IMG/VR virus record: IMGVR_UViG_3300043418_000114
Span: 1-64,000 of that record
DNA length: 64,000 bases
Strand: one strand, 5' to 3'
Of the stretch, positions 28,390-37,976 are shown piece after piece. The notes under the pieces are model-generated. The model searched no databases, was not told where the DNA came from, and worked only from the letters and a program-made list of their open reading frames with translations. Numbering within the stretch: position 1 is the stretch's first letter; each line of letters starts with the position of its first letter. Position numbers and translations under genes: made by a program.

Positions 28390-29217
28390 ATGGCAATCAT
28401 TCGACAAAGTCCAAGCACATCAAGTAACATCACTATCAATGGCGCTCAATTAACACAAAGCATGGGAGCTACAGCCAGTTCAAGTATTTCAATGGGTGCC
28501 TTTGGTAACTTGACACCTGGGTTATCGATAACGTCACTTGACTCATTGGTGTTCTGGGATAATCCTAACGTCAAAAAATATGAAATCGTAGAGACAACCG
28601 AAGACTTGATGGCACTTAGTGCTACCTGGTATCGTATTAGAATGTCTCGCACTCCTGAGAATCAAGGTACGATTTTCCCTACAACCTTAATAGACAAGAT
28701 TCTGTTTCCTGAAGTCAATCAGGATGATAGAAAACTTGCCGCTGACATTCGTGATTATTATAGCAAGAAAATCATGATGTGGAAGCTCAAGGGTAAAGAA
28801 CTAAACAACTTTGAGAAGGACATGAATGAATTCATTCATACCGATGGATTGAAGTTCCAAGAGAAAATGATTCCTCTTGTGTATAGCTTGCCAGGCTTCT
28901 ATGCGTATGCATTAGACTTTGACAAGATGATGGCACTGCATGATATTAGTATCAAAGATGCAATCAATCAAGTTGGCACAAAACGATTGGATCTAGTCAA
29001 AGTATTAGACAGCGGTAGACGTAGCCGTAAAACTAAAGAATACTGGTTCAGAGATGAATCTAATCATTTAGTTAAAATGGTAATACAAGCTGATAATCCA
29101 CTAATGTCATTACTTGATCTTTACACACAGGATCAGATCATAGTCAATGGGTTGTTCACAAAGATAACACGTGACGACAAAGACTATTTTATGGTGTCTA
29201 AGTTTAAATTCATTTGA
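28390..29217 (+). CDS. hypothetical protein
   Basis: 275 aa. Confidence 0.75.
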   Translation: MAIIRQSPSTSSNITINGAQLTQSMGATASSSISMGAFGNLTPGLSITSLDSLVFWDNPNVKKYEIVETTEDLMALSATWYRIRMSRTPENQGTIFPTTLIDKILFPEVNQDDRKLAADIRDYYSKKIMMWKLKGKELNNFEKDMNEFIHTDGLKFQEKMIPLVYSLPGFYAYALDFDKMMALHDISIKDAINQVGTKRLDLVKVLDSGRRSRKTKEYWFRDESNHLVKMVIQADNPLMSLLDLYTQDQIIVNGLFTKITRDDKDYFMVSKFKFI

Positions 29218-29242
29218 CACTGAATTAAATTGGACATATAAT
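29214..29242 (+). promoter_or_regulatory. consensus sigma70 early promoter
   Basis: TTGACA-N17-TATAAT. Confidence 0.9.
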
Positions 29243-29273
29243 ACACTCAATGTTTAACACAACGGAGAGTGAA

Positions 29274-29534
29274 ATGTCTGATACGATCATCACCACAGCA
29301 GAATGCCAGTACAAGAAAGATACTGGCACTTTGGTTAAACCTCATAACGAGCGTTTTCCTACTGAAGTTTTTGTTGTAAGCAACGTTACCGGACGCACTG
29401 TTCGTTTCATTCCTATCCCTATGAGTCATCCTATGTATGACGAAGATGGCTGGGATGGTGAACAAGCTGTTTATCAACCATGTGCAAACGAAGCGTACAC
29501 TAACGCTAAAGTTCTCGTTCTGCATCACTTCTAA
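29274..29534 (+). CDS. early hypothetical protein
   Basis: GGAG RBS, ATG 29274. Confidence 0.7.
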   Translation: MSDTIITTAECQYKKDTGTLVKPHNERFPTEVFVVSNVTGRTVRFIPIPMSHPMYDEDGWDGEQAVYQPCANEAYTNAKVLVLHHF

Positions 29535-29543
29535 GGAGTTATC

Positions 29544-29687
29544 ATGGAAATCACCGTGATTCTGCACACGCCAGCTGGCGATGTTCGCACCGCATTTCAT
29601 CCTAATGCCAGAGAGCATGCCATGAAGTGTATTGAAAGCTACACACTCGATGGCAAATCGTTTTCTGTTGAACAGCGAAAGTTCTAA
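29544..29687 (+). CDS. small early protein (47 aa)
   Basis: AAGGAG RBS; manual translation MEITVILHTPAG...EQRKF. Confidence 0.6.
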   Translation: MEITVILHTPAGDVRTAFHPNAREHAMKCIESYTLDGKSFSVEQRKF

Positions 29688-29689
29688 AC

Positions 29690-29866
29690 ATGTCTGAAAT
29701 TATTGGATATATCATAGCTACGATTATTCTGTTAGCTATTGCTGGTGGTCTGAATCGTTGTACTAACACCACTGCTCAAGAAAAATGTGAAGCAAAAGGC
29801 GGCGAGTTTTACAAAGCAGTAGATGCTAGTCATAGTCTTTGCAAACTTTCTCAAAAAGAAAATTGA
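29690..29866 (+). CDS. small membrane-anchored protein (58 aa)
   Basis: manual translation IIGYIIATIILLAIAGG then CEAKGG...LC. Confidence 0.55.
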   Translation: MSEIIGYIIATIILLAIAGGLNRCTNTTAQEKCEAKGGEFYKAVDASHSLCKLSQKEN

Positions 29867-29873
29867 TTTTCGG

Positions 29874-29902
29874 TTGACACTGGATCATTTTGGACATATA
29901 AT
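29874..29902 (+). promoter_or_regulatory. consensus sigma70 early promoter
   Basis: TTGACA-N17-TATAAT. Confidence 0.9.
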
Positions 29903-29935
29903 TCATCCATCGATTCAACAAAACCGGAGCTAAAA

Positions 29936-30157
29936 ATGGAACTCGCAATTGGTACTCACATTCGTTACACTTCTGCCGCAGGCACTCGTAACGCAGTGAT
30001 TGAAAACGTCAAAGTTGGTCCCACTGCAAAACCAGGCTTCATGAACACTTGGCTCACCCTGCGAATCCCTGTCCAGCGCGGTGTAAAGTTCGAGACTCAT
30101 GTTCAAATTCCCGCTGATAACAATTCTGTTAAAGCATTCCGCATCGAAGCAATCTAA
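29936..30157 (+). CDS. early hypothetical protein
   Basis: GGAG RBS; 73 aa. Confidence 0.75.
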   Translation: MELAIGTHIRYTSAAGTRNAVIENVKVGPTAKPGFMNTWLTLRIPVQRGVKFETHVQIPADNNSVKAFRIEAI

Positions 30158-30171
30158 CCGAGGTAATCAAA

Positions 30172-30516
30172 ATGACTACAGTAACTTTTGACCTGGCAAA
30201 AACTCAAGACGCAATCAACGAAGCTGGCATTCAGGCACGTACTGCCGCAAAGCAAATGCTTGCTCAACGAGGCGATGGCCCTATGTGTGGCTTTGCATGG
30301 GTTGACGTTCGTGGTGTTCGCAGTAACTCTAAAATGGGCAAAGCACTGGCCGCCGCTGGCTTTAGTAAAGCATGGAACGGTGCTCTGCAACTTTGGAACC
30401 CCTCTCAAGCACATGTACAATGTGTTGATATTCTCGAAGCAGGTGCTCATGCATATGCTACTGTTCTCCGTGATAAACTTGGCCTGAATGCCTACGCAGG
30501 TTCTCGCCTCGATTAA
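30172..30516 (+). CDS. early hypothetical protein
   Basis: GAGGT RBS; CGFAWV motif; 114 aa. Confidence 0.75.
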   Translation: MTTVTFDLAKTQDAINEAGIQARTAAKQMLAQRGDGPMCGFAWVDVRGVRSNSKMGKALAAAGFSKAWNGALQLWNPSQAHVQCVDILEAGAHAYATVLRDKLGLNAYAGSRLD

Positions 30517-30542
30517 TTTTAAAATCACATCGTCTAAAACGG

Positions 30543-30571
30543 TTGACAACAAATAAGTTTAGTCATATAAT
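30543..30571 (+). promoter_or_regulatory. consensus sigma70 early promoter
   Basis: TTGACA-N17-TATAAT. Confidence 0.9.
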
Positions 30572-30603
30572 ACATTCATTCTTTAACACACACAGGAAAT
30601 CAA

Positions 30604-32772
30604 ATGATTCTGTCAAACACTCCTCAGAACGAAGCAATCATGTCCAACGTCGGCGAGATTGGCGAGTTCCGCATTCGCAACAGTGCAAAAGCATTCTCGA
30701 TCTTGTCTAGCGGTCTGTACGCTAACAAGGTTCGTGCAATCATCCGCGAATTGTCTTGCAACGCAATTGACTCGCATGTTGCCGCTAAGAACATGGACAC
30801 TCCGTTTGATGTTCATCTGCCTAATGCTCTCGAACCCTGGTTCTCTATCCGCGACTATGGCACAGGTCTTTCACATGAACAAGTCACCCAAATCTACACC
30901 ACTTACTTTGAAAGTACTAAAACAGCGTCCAACGAATTCATCGGTGCGCTTGGTCTGGGATCCAAGTCGCCCTTTTCTTACACCGACAACTTCACCGTTA
31001 CAGCGATTAAAGACGGCGTTAAGGGTGTTTACACAGCCTTCATTAACGAAGCAGGTGTCCCGTCTATCGCAAAAATGATGGAAGAACAGACAAGTGATCC
31101 AGCTGGTGTTGAAGTTCGTTTTGCAGTTGAAGAACGTTACGACTTTGAAAAGTTCCGTCAAGAAGCACGTAGTGTTTACAAGTTTTTCAAGCAACGTCCT
31201 GTGATTTCAGGCGATGCAAACTTTGAATTCACTGATCCAACGTATATCGAGCGGGATATCATTCCTGGTGTGCATACCACTGATCGTGGCTATCACAGCT
31301 ACGCTATCATGGGCAACATTTCGTACCCTATCGAAATTCCTCACACTGACAAGACTCTTGGTGACTTGTCTGCCATGTTGAACTGTGGTCTGGTTATGGA
31401 ATTCGGCATCGGTGAACTTGACTTCCAAGCATCACGTGAAGGCCTGAGCTACATTCCTCAAACCATCAACGCAATCAAGGCTAAATTGCAAGCATTGAAT
31501 GCTCAACTGTCTGTGCATATTGCAGAAGAAGCCAACAAGATTGAAAACTTGTGGGAACGTGCGATCTACCTGTACAAGCGTAAAGATGAACCACTGTGGC
31601 AAGCCGCAGTTAACAAGTACGTGACTGACACCAAGTTTCCTCTGTTGGACGTTTCTACACATCGTTATGATGCGTTGAAGCAATTCAAGTTTAATGTCAA
31701 GACCTTGGCATCTAAGTACAACATTGTGTTGCGTGGTTTTTCTAAGTCTCGCGGTGTTGCAACCTGTTCGAATCTCAAAGTGAACGGTAGCTACGTTGCT
31801 TCTGGTCCTTCTACCAACATCACAAATACATATGTTGAAGAATGGCAGATTCGTGTTAGCGAAGACACTTACTTTGTGTTTAACGACACTAAGATTGGTG
31901 CATCTGAACGTGCTAAAGCACACTGGAAGAACAACTCGTTCTCTAACTATACTTCTGCCGTTTACATCATTGAAGCCGCTGACAAGACTAAGGATGTCAA
32001 GCTGGATAAATTCTACAAAGAATTGATGAATCCTCCAGCTAATCGTCTAATGAAGGCCAGCGAGTTGGACGAAGTTGAACGTGCAAGTGGCATGGGCAAG
32101 AACGTGACTATCATGTGCTTGGAAGAAACCACTCGTGGTGGCTACTGGTCTCGTCGCACTGAAACAGTGTGGCGCGATGCTGGCAAAGCTGATACGTTCG
32201 ACAATAAGAAAAAGTATTACTACTTGCCTCTGAGTGGCTATCAGTGTACTGGTGTCGTTGAAGATGCTAAGTCTTTGGCTCGTCACGTTAAGCAAGCTGG
32301 CATCTTTAATGAAACCATTTACGGTGTGCGTAAGGCAGATCAAGAATGGGTTAAGTTGCAAAAGAACTGGATCAACTTGGATGTGTTCATCAAAGATGAA
32401 TTGTCTAAGTTGGGTAACAGCGATGTGATGGGTTTGGTTAAGAAAGCTATTGACTTTAGCGAAATCTATCAGTATAATGCTGTTAAACACGTGACTGATA
32501 GCAACAGTCCGTACATTAAGTTGTACAACGTTTTCAAAGACGTTAAAGTTGCTGATGAATCTGTCCGTTCTGCTTTGGAGTACCTGTGCCGATGCTATAC
32601 TGTCAACACAAAAACTAACGTTGACCCTAAAGCACTGATCGAACAGTACACTAAAGAAGTTGAGGAACTTAAAAAGCGTTACCCGCTGATTAAGAGTCTC
32701 AGTAAGTACAGTACCGAAGGTGCTGATGTAGCCGAGTATATTAATTTGATTGACACACAGAAAGGTGTTTAA
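30604..32772 (+). CDS. rIIA: RIIA-like protein
   Basis: GHKL motifs RELSCNAIDSH, IRDYGTGLS, STK, GLGLGSKSPFSY; paired with rIIB. Confidence 0.9.
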   Translation: MILSNTPQNEAIMSNVGEIGEFRIRNSAKAFSILSSGLYANKVRAIIRELSCNAIDSHVAAKNMDTPFDVHLPNALEPWFSIRDYGTGLSHEQVTQIYTTYFESTKTASNEFIGALGLGSKSPFSYTDNFTVTAIKDGVKGVYTAFINEAGVPSIAKMMEEQTSDPAGVEVRFAVEERYDFEKFRQEARSVYKFFKQRPVISGDANFEFTDPTYIERDIIPGVHTTDRGYHSYAIMGNISYPIEIPHTDKTLGDLSAMLNCGLVMEFGIGELDFQASREGLSYIPQTINAIKAKLQALNAQLSVHIAEEANKIENLWERAIYLYKRKDEPLWQAAVNKYVTDTKFPLLDVSTHRYDALKQFKFNVKTLASKYNIVLRGFSKSRGVATCSNLKVNGSYVASGPSTNITNTYVEEWQIRVSEDTYFVFNDTKIGASERAKAHWKNNSFSNYTSAVYIIEAADKTKDVKLDKFYKELMNPPANRLMKASELDEVERASGMGKNVTIMCLEETTRGGYWSRRTETVWRDAGKADTFDNKKKYYYLPLSGYQCTGVVEDAKSLARHVKQAGIFNETIYGVRKADQEWVKLQKNWINLDVFIKDELSKLGNSDVMGLVKKAIDFSEIYQYNAVKHVTDSNSPYIKLYNVFKDVKVADESVRSALEYLCRCYTVNTKTNVDPKALIEQYTKEVEELKKRYPLIKSLSKYSTEGADVAEYINLIDTQKGV

Positions 32773-32773
32773 A

Positions 32774-33895
32774 ATGAGCTATCCGTTTATCGTCCAAGGT
32801 AATAACATTACCGTCGTGATTGGCAACAAGCCACACACAATCTCTAAGTCTCACATCACTTATAACAAAGTGCTGGAAGCTATCAAAGCCCAAGATTGGG
32901 ATTTGGTAAAGAACATCATTGAGCCTGTCAAGGTCGTATTGAATTACGGTCAAGGTCATGTTTCAGTCAAGGGTGAAACCTTGTTCTGGAAGGGCAAAGA
33001 AATGCACAACGCATTGTCTACCCGCATGATTGCAATGTTGCAAGATGGTTTCCCTATCGAGCCACTGGTTAGCTTCATGGAAAACTTGATGACTAACCCA
33101 AGCAAACGTGCAGTTGATGAACTGTATGGCTTCTTGGAAAAGAATAGCTTGCCTATCACTCCTGATGGTCACTTCTTGGCATACAAGAAAATCCGTCGTG
33201 ATTACAAGGACATTCACTCTGGCACAATGGATAACTCTGTTGGCAAGATTGTCGAAATGGCACGTAACGAAGTTGACGACAACAAGGATCAAACTTGCTC
33301 CACTGGTCTGCACTTCTGTAGCGAAAGCTATTTGCAACACTTCGGTGGTAGTGATAGCCGTGTTGTGATCTTGAAGATCAACCCTGCTGATGTGGTTTCT
33401 ATTCCTAGTGACTACAACAACTCTAAGGGTCGTGCATGTCGTTACGAAGTTATCGGTGAAATCGGTAACAACCCTGATGACGCGGTTGAGTTTGACAAGC
33501 CAGTGCAAACTACTGCAAACTCTATCTATGTTCCAGAGCCTAAGATTGGCGCTACTGACTTCTATCAAGGCTATAGTGATGGTTACCATGGTAACCCATA
33601 CAATGGCTCTGGCAAGAAGTATTCAGAAGGCTACGATAAGGGTAATACCCATAAAATCGATGGTACTCCTGAAATGTATCGCTATGAATTCTTTGATGAA
33701 GTCGAAGTTGATTTTGATTTCTCGGAAGAATTCGTTGATGATGTGTTCGAAGATGTTGCCGGTCAAGAATACGATGCAAATGGGCGTCCTCTGAGCATGA
33801 CTCCAAATGCGATTCGTAAACGTGCCGCACGTGCCGCAAAGCGGGCACAGGCACAAAAGATTGTCGGTGGTTCTTGGCCACAACCTAAGAACTAA
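32774..33895 (+). CDS. rIIB: RIIB-like protein
   Basis: NPSKRAVDELYGFL, ITPDGHFLAYK, CSTGLHFC, KINPADVVSIPSDYN, KGRACRYEV. Confidence 0.9.
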   Translation: MSYPFIVQGNNITVVIGNKPHTISKSHITYNKVLEAIKAQDWDLVKNIIEPVKVVLNYGQGHVSVKGETLFWKGKEMHNALSTRMIAMLQDGFPIEPLVSFMENLMTNPSKRAVDELYGFLEKNSLPITPDGHFLAYKKIRRDYKDIHSGTMDNSVGKIVEMARNEVDDNKDQTCSTGLHFCSESYLQHFGGSDSRVVILKINPADVVSIPSDYNNSKGRACRYEVIGEIGNNPDDAVEFDKPVQTTANSIYVPEPKIGATDFYQGYSDGYHGNPYNGSGKKYSEGYDKGNTHKIDGTPEMYRYEFFDEVEVDFDFSEEFVDDVFEDVAGQEYDANGRPLSMTPNAIRKRAARAAKRAQAQKIVGGSWPQPKN

Positions 33896-33908
33896 TTGAC
33901 AGGTAGAT

Positions 33909-33937
33909 AAAAAAAGGGACTTCGGTCCCTTTTTTTT
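33909..33937 (+). terminator. bidirectional rho-independent terminator
   Basis: A7-GGGAC-TTCG-GTCCC-T8. Confidence 0.9.
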
Positions 33938-33939
33938 GT

Positions 33940-33968
33940 TTGACAGAAAATAAATAATCGAGTATAAT
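33940..33968 (+). promoter_or_regulatory. consensus sigma70 early promoter
   Basis: TTGACA-N17-TATAAT. Confidence 0.9.
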
Positions 33969-33992
33969 GGACATATGACAAAGGAACACAAA

Positions 33993-34439
33993 ATGAAAAA
34001 AGGTGAAATGCTAGACAAGATGTTGGTCATCGTGACCAATGCACATCATGGTCAATTCGATAAGGGTGGAAATCCCTACATTCTCCATCCACTTAAAGTC
34101 ATGCACTACTTGAAGTCAGACGATGAAGAACTCATGTGCATGGCTCTTGGTCATGACGTAATTGAAGACACTGATGTAACCTACAAAGACTTGCGTGATG
34201 CTGGCATGACTGAGCGCATTATCAATGGCATCTGGAGACTTACTAAGCAACCTGGTCAAACATACGACGAATACAAAGAAGGCGTGTTCTCTAATGAGGA
34301 TGCTATGCGAGTAAAGCTGGCAGACTTGCGACACAACACAGATATTCGCCGTTTGAAGGGTGTCACTGAAAAAGATATCGCACGTATGGCAAAATATCAC
34401 ACTTTTTACATGGAAATTCAATCCAAACTTGACAAATAA
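33993..34439 (+). CDS. HD-domain small alarmone hydrolase-like protein (SpoT/Mesh1 type)
   Basis: AHHGQFDKGGNPYILHP, GHDVIEDT, LTK, VKLADLRHN. Confidence 0.8.
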   Translation: MKKGEMLDKMLVIVTNAHHGQFDKGGNPYILHPLKVMHYLKSDDEELMCMALGHDVIEDTDVTYKDLRDAGMTERIINGIWRLTKQPGQTYDEYKEGVFSNEDAMRVKLADLRHNTDIRRLKGVTEKDIARMAKYHTFYMEIQSKLDK

Positions 34440-34457
34440 TGGGTTTGGGTATATAAT
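34429..34457 (+). promoter_or_regulatory. consensus sigma70 early promoter
   Basis: TTGACA-N17-TATAAT. Confidence 0.9.
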
Positions 34458-34489
34458 TCATCCATCAACAACACATTTGGAGATAGAAA

Positions 34490-35008
34490 ATGAACATCGA
34501 CATGACCAAATCACTGACTGCACTCTCACTGCAAATCTCTGATTTCATTGACGTTGAATACGATACGGTTAAGTCAGTTGCCGCTAGCTCCGATGGCAAG
34601 TTTCTCGCAGATCGCACCACTATGCCAGTGGGTGAATTCCTCGCAAAGTATTTTACAGGCTACGAAGTGGCAAACACCATTGAAAAGATGCAAGCACATC
34701 GCCAAGCATTGAAGCCTGTTGTAAAGAAAGCCAAAGCAAAGGGCACTATCCTGGATCAATACGGCAACTACATTGTCGCAATCTGGGAAAATGGTGATGA
34801 ATTCTCTGCATCATATCGCAAGACCACTCATATCGATGCACATTGGGATGTGTTGACTAAGCATGAAATTGAATACAAGAAAGACGGTCGTCGTTTTTCA
34901 GTGGTACACCATACCAGTTCACGTAAAGATGCAATTGAGAAGAAGAATGCATTGATCGAAGATATGGTTTCTCGTGGTCGTATCTACAAGGGCGAACTGT
35001 CGGTCTAA
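34490..35008 (+). CDS. early hypothetical protein
   Basis: GGAG RBS; 172 aa. Confidence 0.75.
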   Translation: MNIDMTKSLTALSLQISDFIDVEYDTVKSVAASSDGKFLADRTTMPVGEFLAKYFTGYEVANTIEKMQAHRQALKPVVKKAKAKGTILDQYGNYIVAIWENGDEFSASYRKTTHIDAHWDVLTKHEIEYKKDGRRFSVVHHTSSRKDAIEKKNALIEDMVSRGRIYKGELSV

Positions 35009-35017
35009 GGAAATAAA

Positions 35018-35218
35018 ATGGAACTACATGGTCGTGTCGTCGATAGCGTTGAGGTAGATGGTGTGGATAGCCGAGACTATCCAGACTTCTGTGATGCATA
35101 CTTTAGCTATGCTGAATTTGCAGATACTGGTGAACCACTAGATGAAGAAGATATGGAGATTCTCAATGAGAAATATCAAGATGTTGTCAATGAAATGGCT
35201 TACGATAGTTTTCACTAA
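35018..35218 (+). CDS. small acidic hypothetical protein
   Basis: DYPDFCDAY motif. Confidence 0.7.
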   Translation: MELHGRVVDSVEVDGVDSRDYPDFCDAYFSYAEFADTGEPLDEEDMEILNEKYQDVVNEMAYDSFH

Positions 35219-35226
35219 GGATCAAT

Positions 35227-35493
35227 ATGTCTAAATCTCGCACATACTACACAGTGGAAACTCTTTCATTGCGAAAGTTCTCTTACTCCGATGATCATTG
35301 GATAATGAGTGGTGTAGGTCCTGGTGGCAAGACTATTGAGGAAGCACGTGACCGTGTCAAGAAAGACATGGAAAGAATTGGCATGAACCGACTGCATGAT
35401 GTGAAATTCAGAATCACAAAAACAGTTGAGATTGAGGAAACTGCCGAAGAAATTCTGGGTAACGAAGCCTCATTTTTCATGTTAAAGGCTTGA
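35227..35493 (+). CDS. hypothetical protein
   Basis: AAGGA RBS; 88 aa. Confidence 0.7.
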   Translation: MSKSRTYYTVETLSLRKFSYSDDHWIMSGVGPGGKTIEEARDRVKKDMERIGMNRLHDVKFRITKTVEIEETAEEILGNEASFFMLKA

Positions 35494-35518
35494 CAATAAA
35501 TCTCTAGTTTGATACACT
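35490..35518 (+). promoter_or_regulatory. sigma70-type promoter
   Basis: TTGACA-N17-TACACT. Confidence 0.8.
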
Positions 35519-35539
35519 ACAGATAAATAAAGAAGCAGA

Positions 35540-35582
35540 GCGATAGACGCCGAGCAGACAATTCTTCTAAAGGAGCTTTAGA
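35540..35582 (+). promoter_or_regulatory. candidate cis-regulatory leader RNA, copy 1
   Basis: GCG-ATAGA-CGC then TTCTAAAG-GAG-CTTTAGAA hairpin covering RBS up to the start codon. Confidence 0.6.
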
Positions 35583-35912
35583 ATGTCAAAAGTAATCACA
35601 GTCTTTGAAATCGAAGACGAAATCAAACAACGTAAACAAGAGATAGCCGACCTCGAGGCAAAACTTGAACTGGCTAAACTTGATTCGCCAGAAGAACAAC
35701 TCGCCAAATCCCTACATGGAATGCTTTGCACATGGAATCACACCGATGGCTGTGGCTGGTTCTATGAATTCAAAAACAAAAAAGACGACTGGTCTGGTCA
35801 TGCACACGGCGAGTATATGAAGAAAGCCCGCAACCTGATGCATATCTGCAACAAAGAAGGCATTGCAGTTGACAAAGCACTTGAAATGTACAAACTGGTG
35901 CGAGGTTATTAA
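35583..35912 (+). CDS. hypothetical protein with His/Cys motif
   Basis: LHGMLCTWNHTDGCGWFYE. Confidence 0.75.
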   Translation: MSKVITVFEIEDEIKQRKQEIADLEAKLELAKLDSPEEQLAKSLHGMLCTWNHTDGCGWFYEFKNKKDDWSGHAHGEYMKKARNLMHICNKEGIAVDKALEMYKLVRGY

Positions 35913-36277
35913 TGCACAATCGTGAACAACTATGGTATTCCGCTGACGGTCGAAGCGTGAAGATTAAGGACATGACAATTGGCCATCTGGTCAATGTCAT
36001 CAATTGGGTCAGTGATAACAAAGACTCATATCCACTGTCCACTCTTGATGTGATGATTGCCGAAGCAGAATATCGCCAACTCACCCTGTTTGCAGAAGCC
36101 AAGGCATACCCACAAGTTATCAACAATCGTTGGGTACTGATTGACCCTAAAACAGGCAAGAAGGGAATTATTCCCCCACCAAAAGAATACCTTGATAGTG
36201 TCAAGGACAATGTGGCTTATCAGAAAATGAGTCAGAATACTCAAATCAAAAGAGCCAAACGAAGGAATATTGCTTGA
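35912..36277 (+). CDS. hypothetical protein
   Basis: WYSADGRSVKIKDMTIGHLVNVI. Confidence 0.7.
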   Translation: MHNREQLWYSADGRSVKIKDMTIGHLVNVINWVSDNKDSYPLSTLDVMIAEAEYRQLTLFAEAKAYPQVINNRWVLIDPKTGKKGIIPPPKEYLDSVKDNVAYQKMSQNTQIKRAKRRNIA

Positions 36278-36302
36278 CCTTTAATAGGAATGGCACTATA
36301 AT
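36274..36302 (+). promoter_or_regulatory. sigma70-type promoter
   Basis: TTGACC-N17-TATAAT. Confidence 0.85.
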
Positions 36303-36315
36303 AGAACCATAGCAA

Positions 36316-36357
36316 GCGATAGACGCAAGCGACATATAACTAGAAAGGATTTTTCTA
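36316..36357 (+). promoter_or_regulatory. candidate cis-regulatory leader RNA, copy 2
   Basis: GCG-ATAGA-CGC then TAGAAA-GGATT-TTTCTA hairpin covering RBS and the A of ATG. Confidence 0.6.
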
Positions 36358-37376
36358 TGTCAAAAGAATACGGAACCCTAGTCCTCATCGGACGTTTTCA
36401 ACCCCTGCACAATGCTCACCTTGAGATTATCAAACGTGCAACTGCCTTAACTGACCAACTGATCATAATCACTGGTTCAGCCGCACAACCTCGCACTTAC
36501 AAAAACCCGTTCACAAGCGATGAACGTGCAAGAATGATCAAGTCTGCAACCAGTGGCTTGGCTATGAGAGTGCATGTTGAAGAAAACATTGACACTATCT
36601 ACAATGATCAAGCATGGGCAGTGCGTGTGCAAGGCATTGTTAGTAAGTATCGCATCCTCGGCACAAAGACTGCCGTCATCGGCCACAAGAAAGACGAAAG
36701 TAGTTTCTACTTGGATATGTTTCCTCAATGGGAATACGTTGATGTGGAAGAAATCGAACCACTCAGTGCTGTGAACATTCGTGACTTGTATTTCAAGCGT
36801 GATTGCAACATGAAATTCATTCGTGGTGTTGTGCCTGAAACTACATTTGATTTCTTGACCACATTCAAAGACACACCTGAGTACGAGCAAATCATTCGTG
36901 AACGTGAGTTTGTTGAAACATACAAAAAGCAATACTCTAGTTTGCCTTACCCTCCAATCTTCTCTACTGCCGATGCTGTAGTGATTCAGAGTGGTCACGT
37001 ACTGATGATTAAGCGCCGTAGTGAACCAGGCAAAGGTCTGTGGGCACTGCCAGGTGGCTATGTCAATGCATACACTGACAAGTCAGTAGAAGATGCCGCC
37101 ATTCGTGAACTGCGTGAAGAAACCATGATCAAAGTTCCTGCACCAGTGTTGCGTGGTAACATTGTTGACAATCGTGTGTTTGATGCAGTTGATCGTTCAC
37201 CCCGTGGTCGTATCATCACACACTGTTTCAAGATTGTGTTGCCTGATGGTGAACTGCCTAAAGTAAAAGGCAGTGATGACGCTGAAAAAGCACGTTGGGT
37301 TCCTATCGCAGAGGTCAAGTCGGAAGAATGTTTCGAAGATCACTACGATATGGTCATGTGGGCAGTTGGAGCATAA
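36357..37376 (+). CDS. nadM: bifunctional NMN adenylyltransferase / Nudix ADP-ribose pyrophosphatase
   Basis: IGRFQPLHNAH, IITGSA, KNPFTSDER; Nudix box PGG...EDAAIRELREET; GSDDAEKARW. Confidence 0.93.
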   Translation: MSKEYGTLVLIGRFQPLHNAHLEIIKRATALTDQLIIITGSAAQPRTYKNPFTSDERARMIKSATSGLAMRVHVEENIDTIYNDQAWAVRVQGIVSKYRILGTKTAVIGHKKDESSFYLDMFPQWEYVDVEEIEPLSAVNIRDLYFKRDCNMKFIRGVVPETTFDFLTTFKDTPEYEQIIREREFVETYKKQYSSLPYPPIFSTADAVVIQSGHVLMIKRRSEPGKGLWALPGGYVNAYTDKSVEDAAIRELREETMIKVPAPVLRGNIVDNRVFDAVDRSPRGRIITHCFKIVLPDGELPKVKGSDDAEKARWVPIAEVKSEECFEDHYDMVMWAVGA

Positions 37377-37377
37377 T

Positions 37378-37587
37378 ATGCACAAGAGCAACTACCAACC
37401 CAAGCGTAGTCAACAACTCTTTCTAGCTGAACAAGTTAGAATCAGGGTGTTTAACGCTACAATGGATCAGATTATTGTGCATCATGTGTTGGAAGATACT
37501 CCAACCAGACTGTATCTGCAAATTGAACGCCGTGAAACAAGCCCATTCGGCTATGAAAAGATTTACTTTGAGCGAGTGGAGTTGTAA
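37378..37587 (+). CDS. hypothetical protein
   Basis: GGAG RBS; 69 aa. Confidence 0.55.
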   Translation: MHKSNYQPKRSQQLFLAEQVRIRVFNATMDQIIVHHVLEDTPTRLYLQIERRETSPFGYEKIYFERVEL

Positions 37588-37588
37588 T

Positions 37589-37786
37589 ATGGTACGAGTT
37601 GTTAAAACAGAACCACATCCAAGTGTTGTCAAGGAAGTGATTTGCAGAAACTGTGGAGCTACATTGGAATATGTACCCGCAGATATTAAAAAAGAAGTTC
37701 ACAGGGATTACGGTGGCGGTAGTGACACATACTATCACATCGTTTGTCCACCATGTGGTGATAAAGTTTCAGTAAAGGGGTATTGA
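37589..37786 (+). CDS. small zinc-ribbon protein
   Basis: CRNCG...CPPCG. Confidence 0.7.
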   Translation: MVRVVKTEPHPSVVKEVICRNCGATLEYVPADIKKEVHRDYGGGSDTYYHIVCPPCGDKVSVKGY

Positions 37787-37787
37787 T

Positions 37788-37976
37788 ATGACTACACAAC
37801 AATACAAACGATTAGAAGATGGCCCAATGGATGATATTGACGCTACTATCTTTAGTGGTGATACTTTTCATAATCGTGAAAATATCAAAGCCTTTCGTGA
37901 CATGATGGCACGTTGGGAACGTGGCTTACAAGAAGCCGAAGCTATTGTAACAGAAATGGAAAAAGAAAATGCTTAA
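37788..37976 (+). CDS. hypothetical protein
   Basis: 62 aa in operon. Confidence 0.6.
   Translation: MTTQQYKRLEDGPMDDIDATIFSGDTFHNRENIKAFRDMMARWERGLQEAEAIVTEMEKENA

Noticed and set aside
30154-30552. 132-aa minus-strand ORF
   Set aside because: It overlaps the + strand 30172 gene, which has an RBS and fits the early cassette orientation.
30613-33881. Several 60-208 aa minus-strand and alternate-frame ORFs over rIIA/rIIB
   Set aside because: They fully overlap well-supported genes and show no independent signals.
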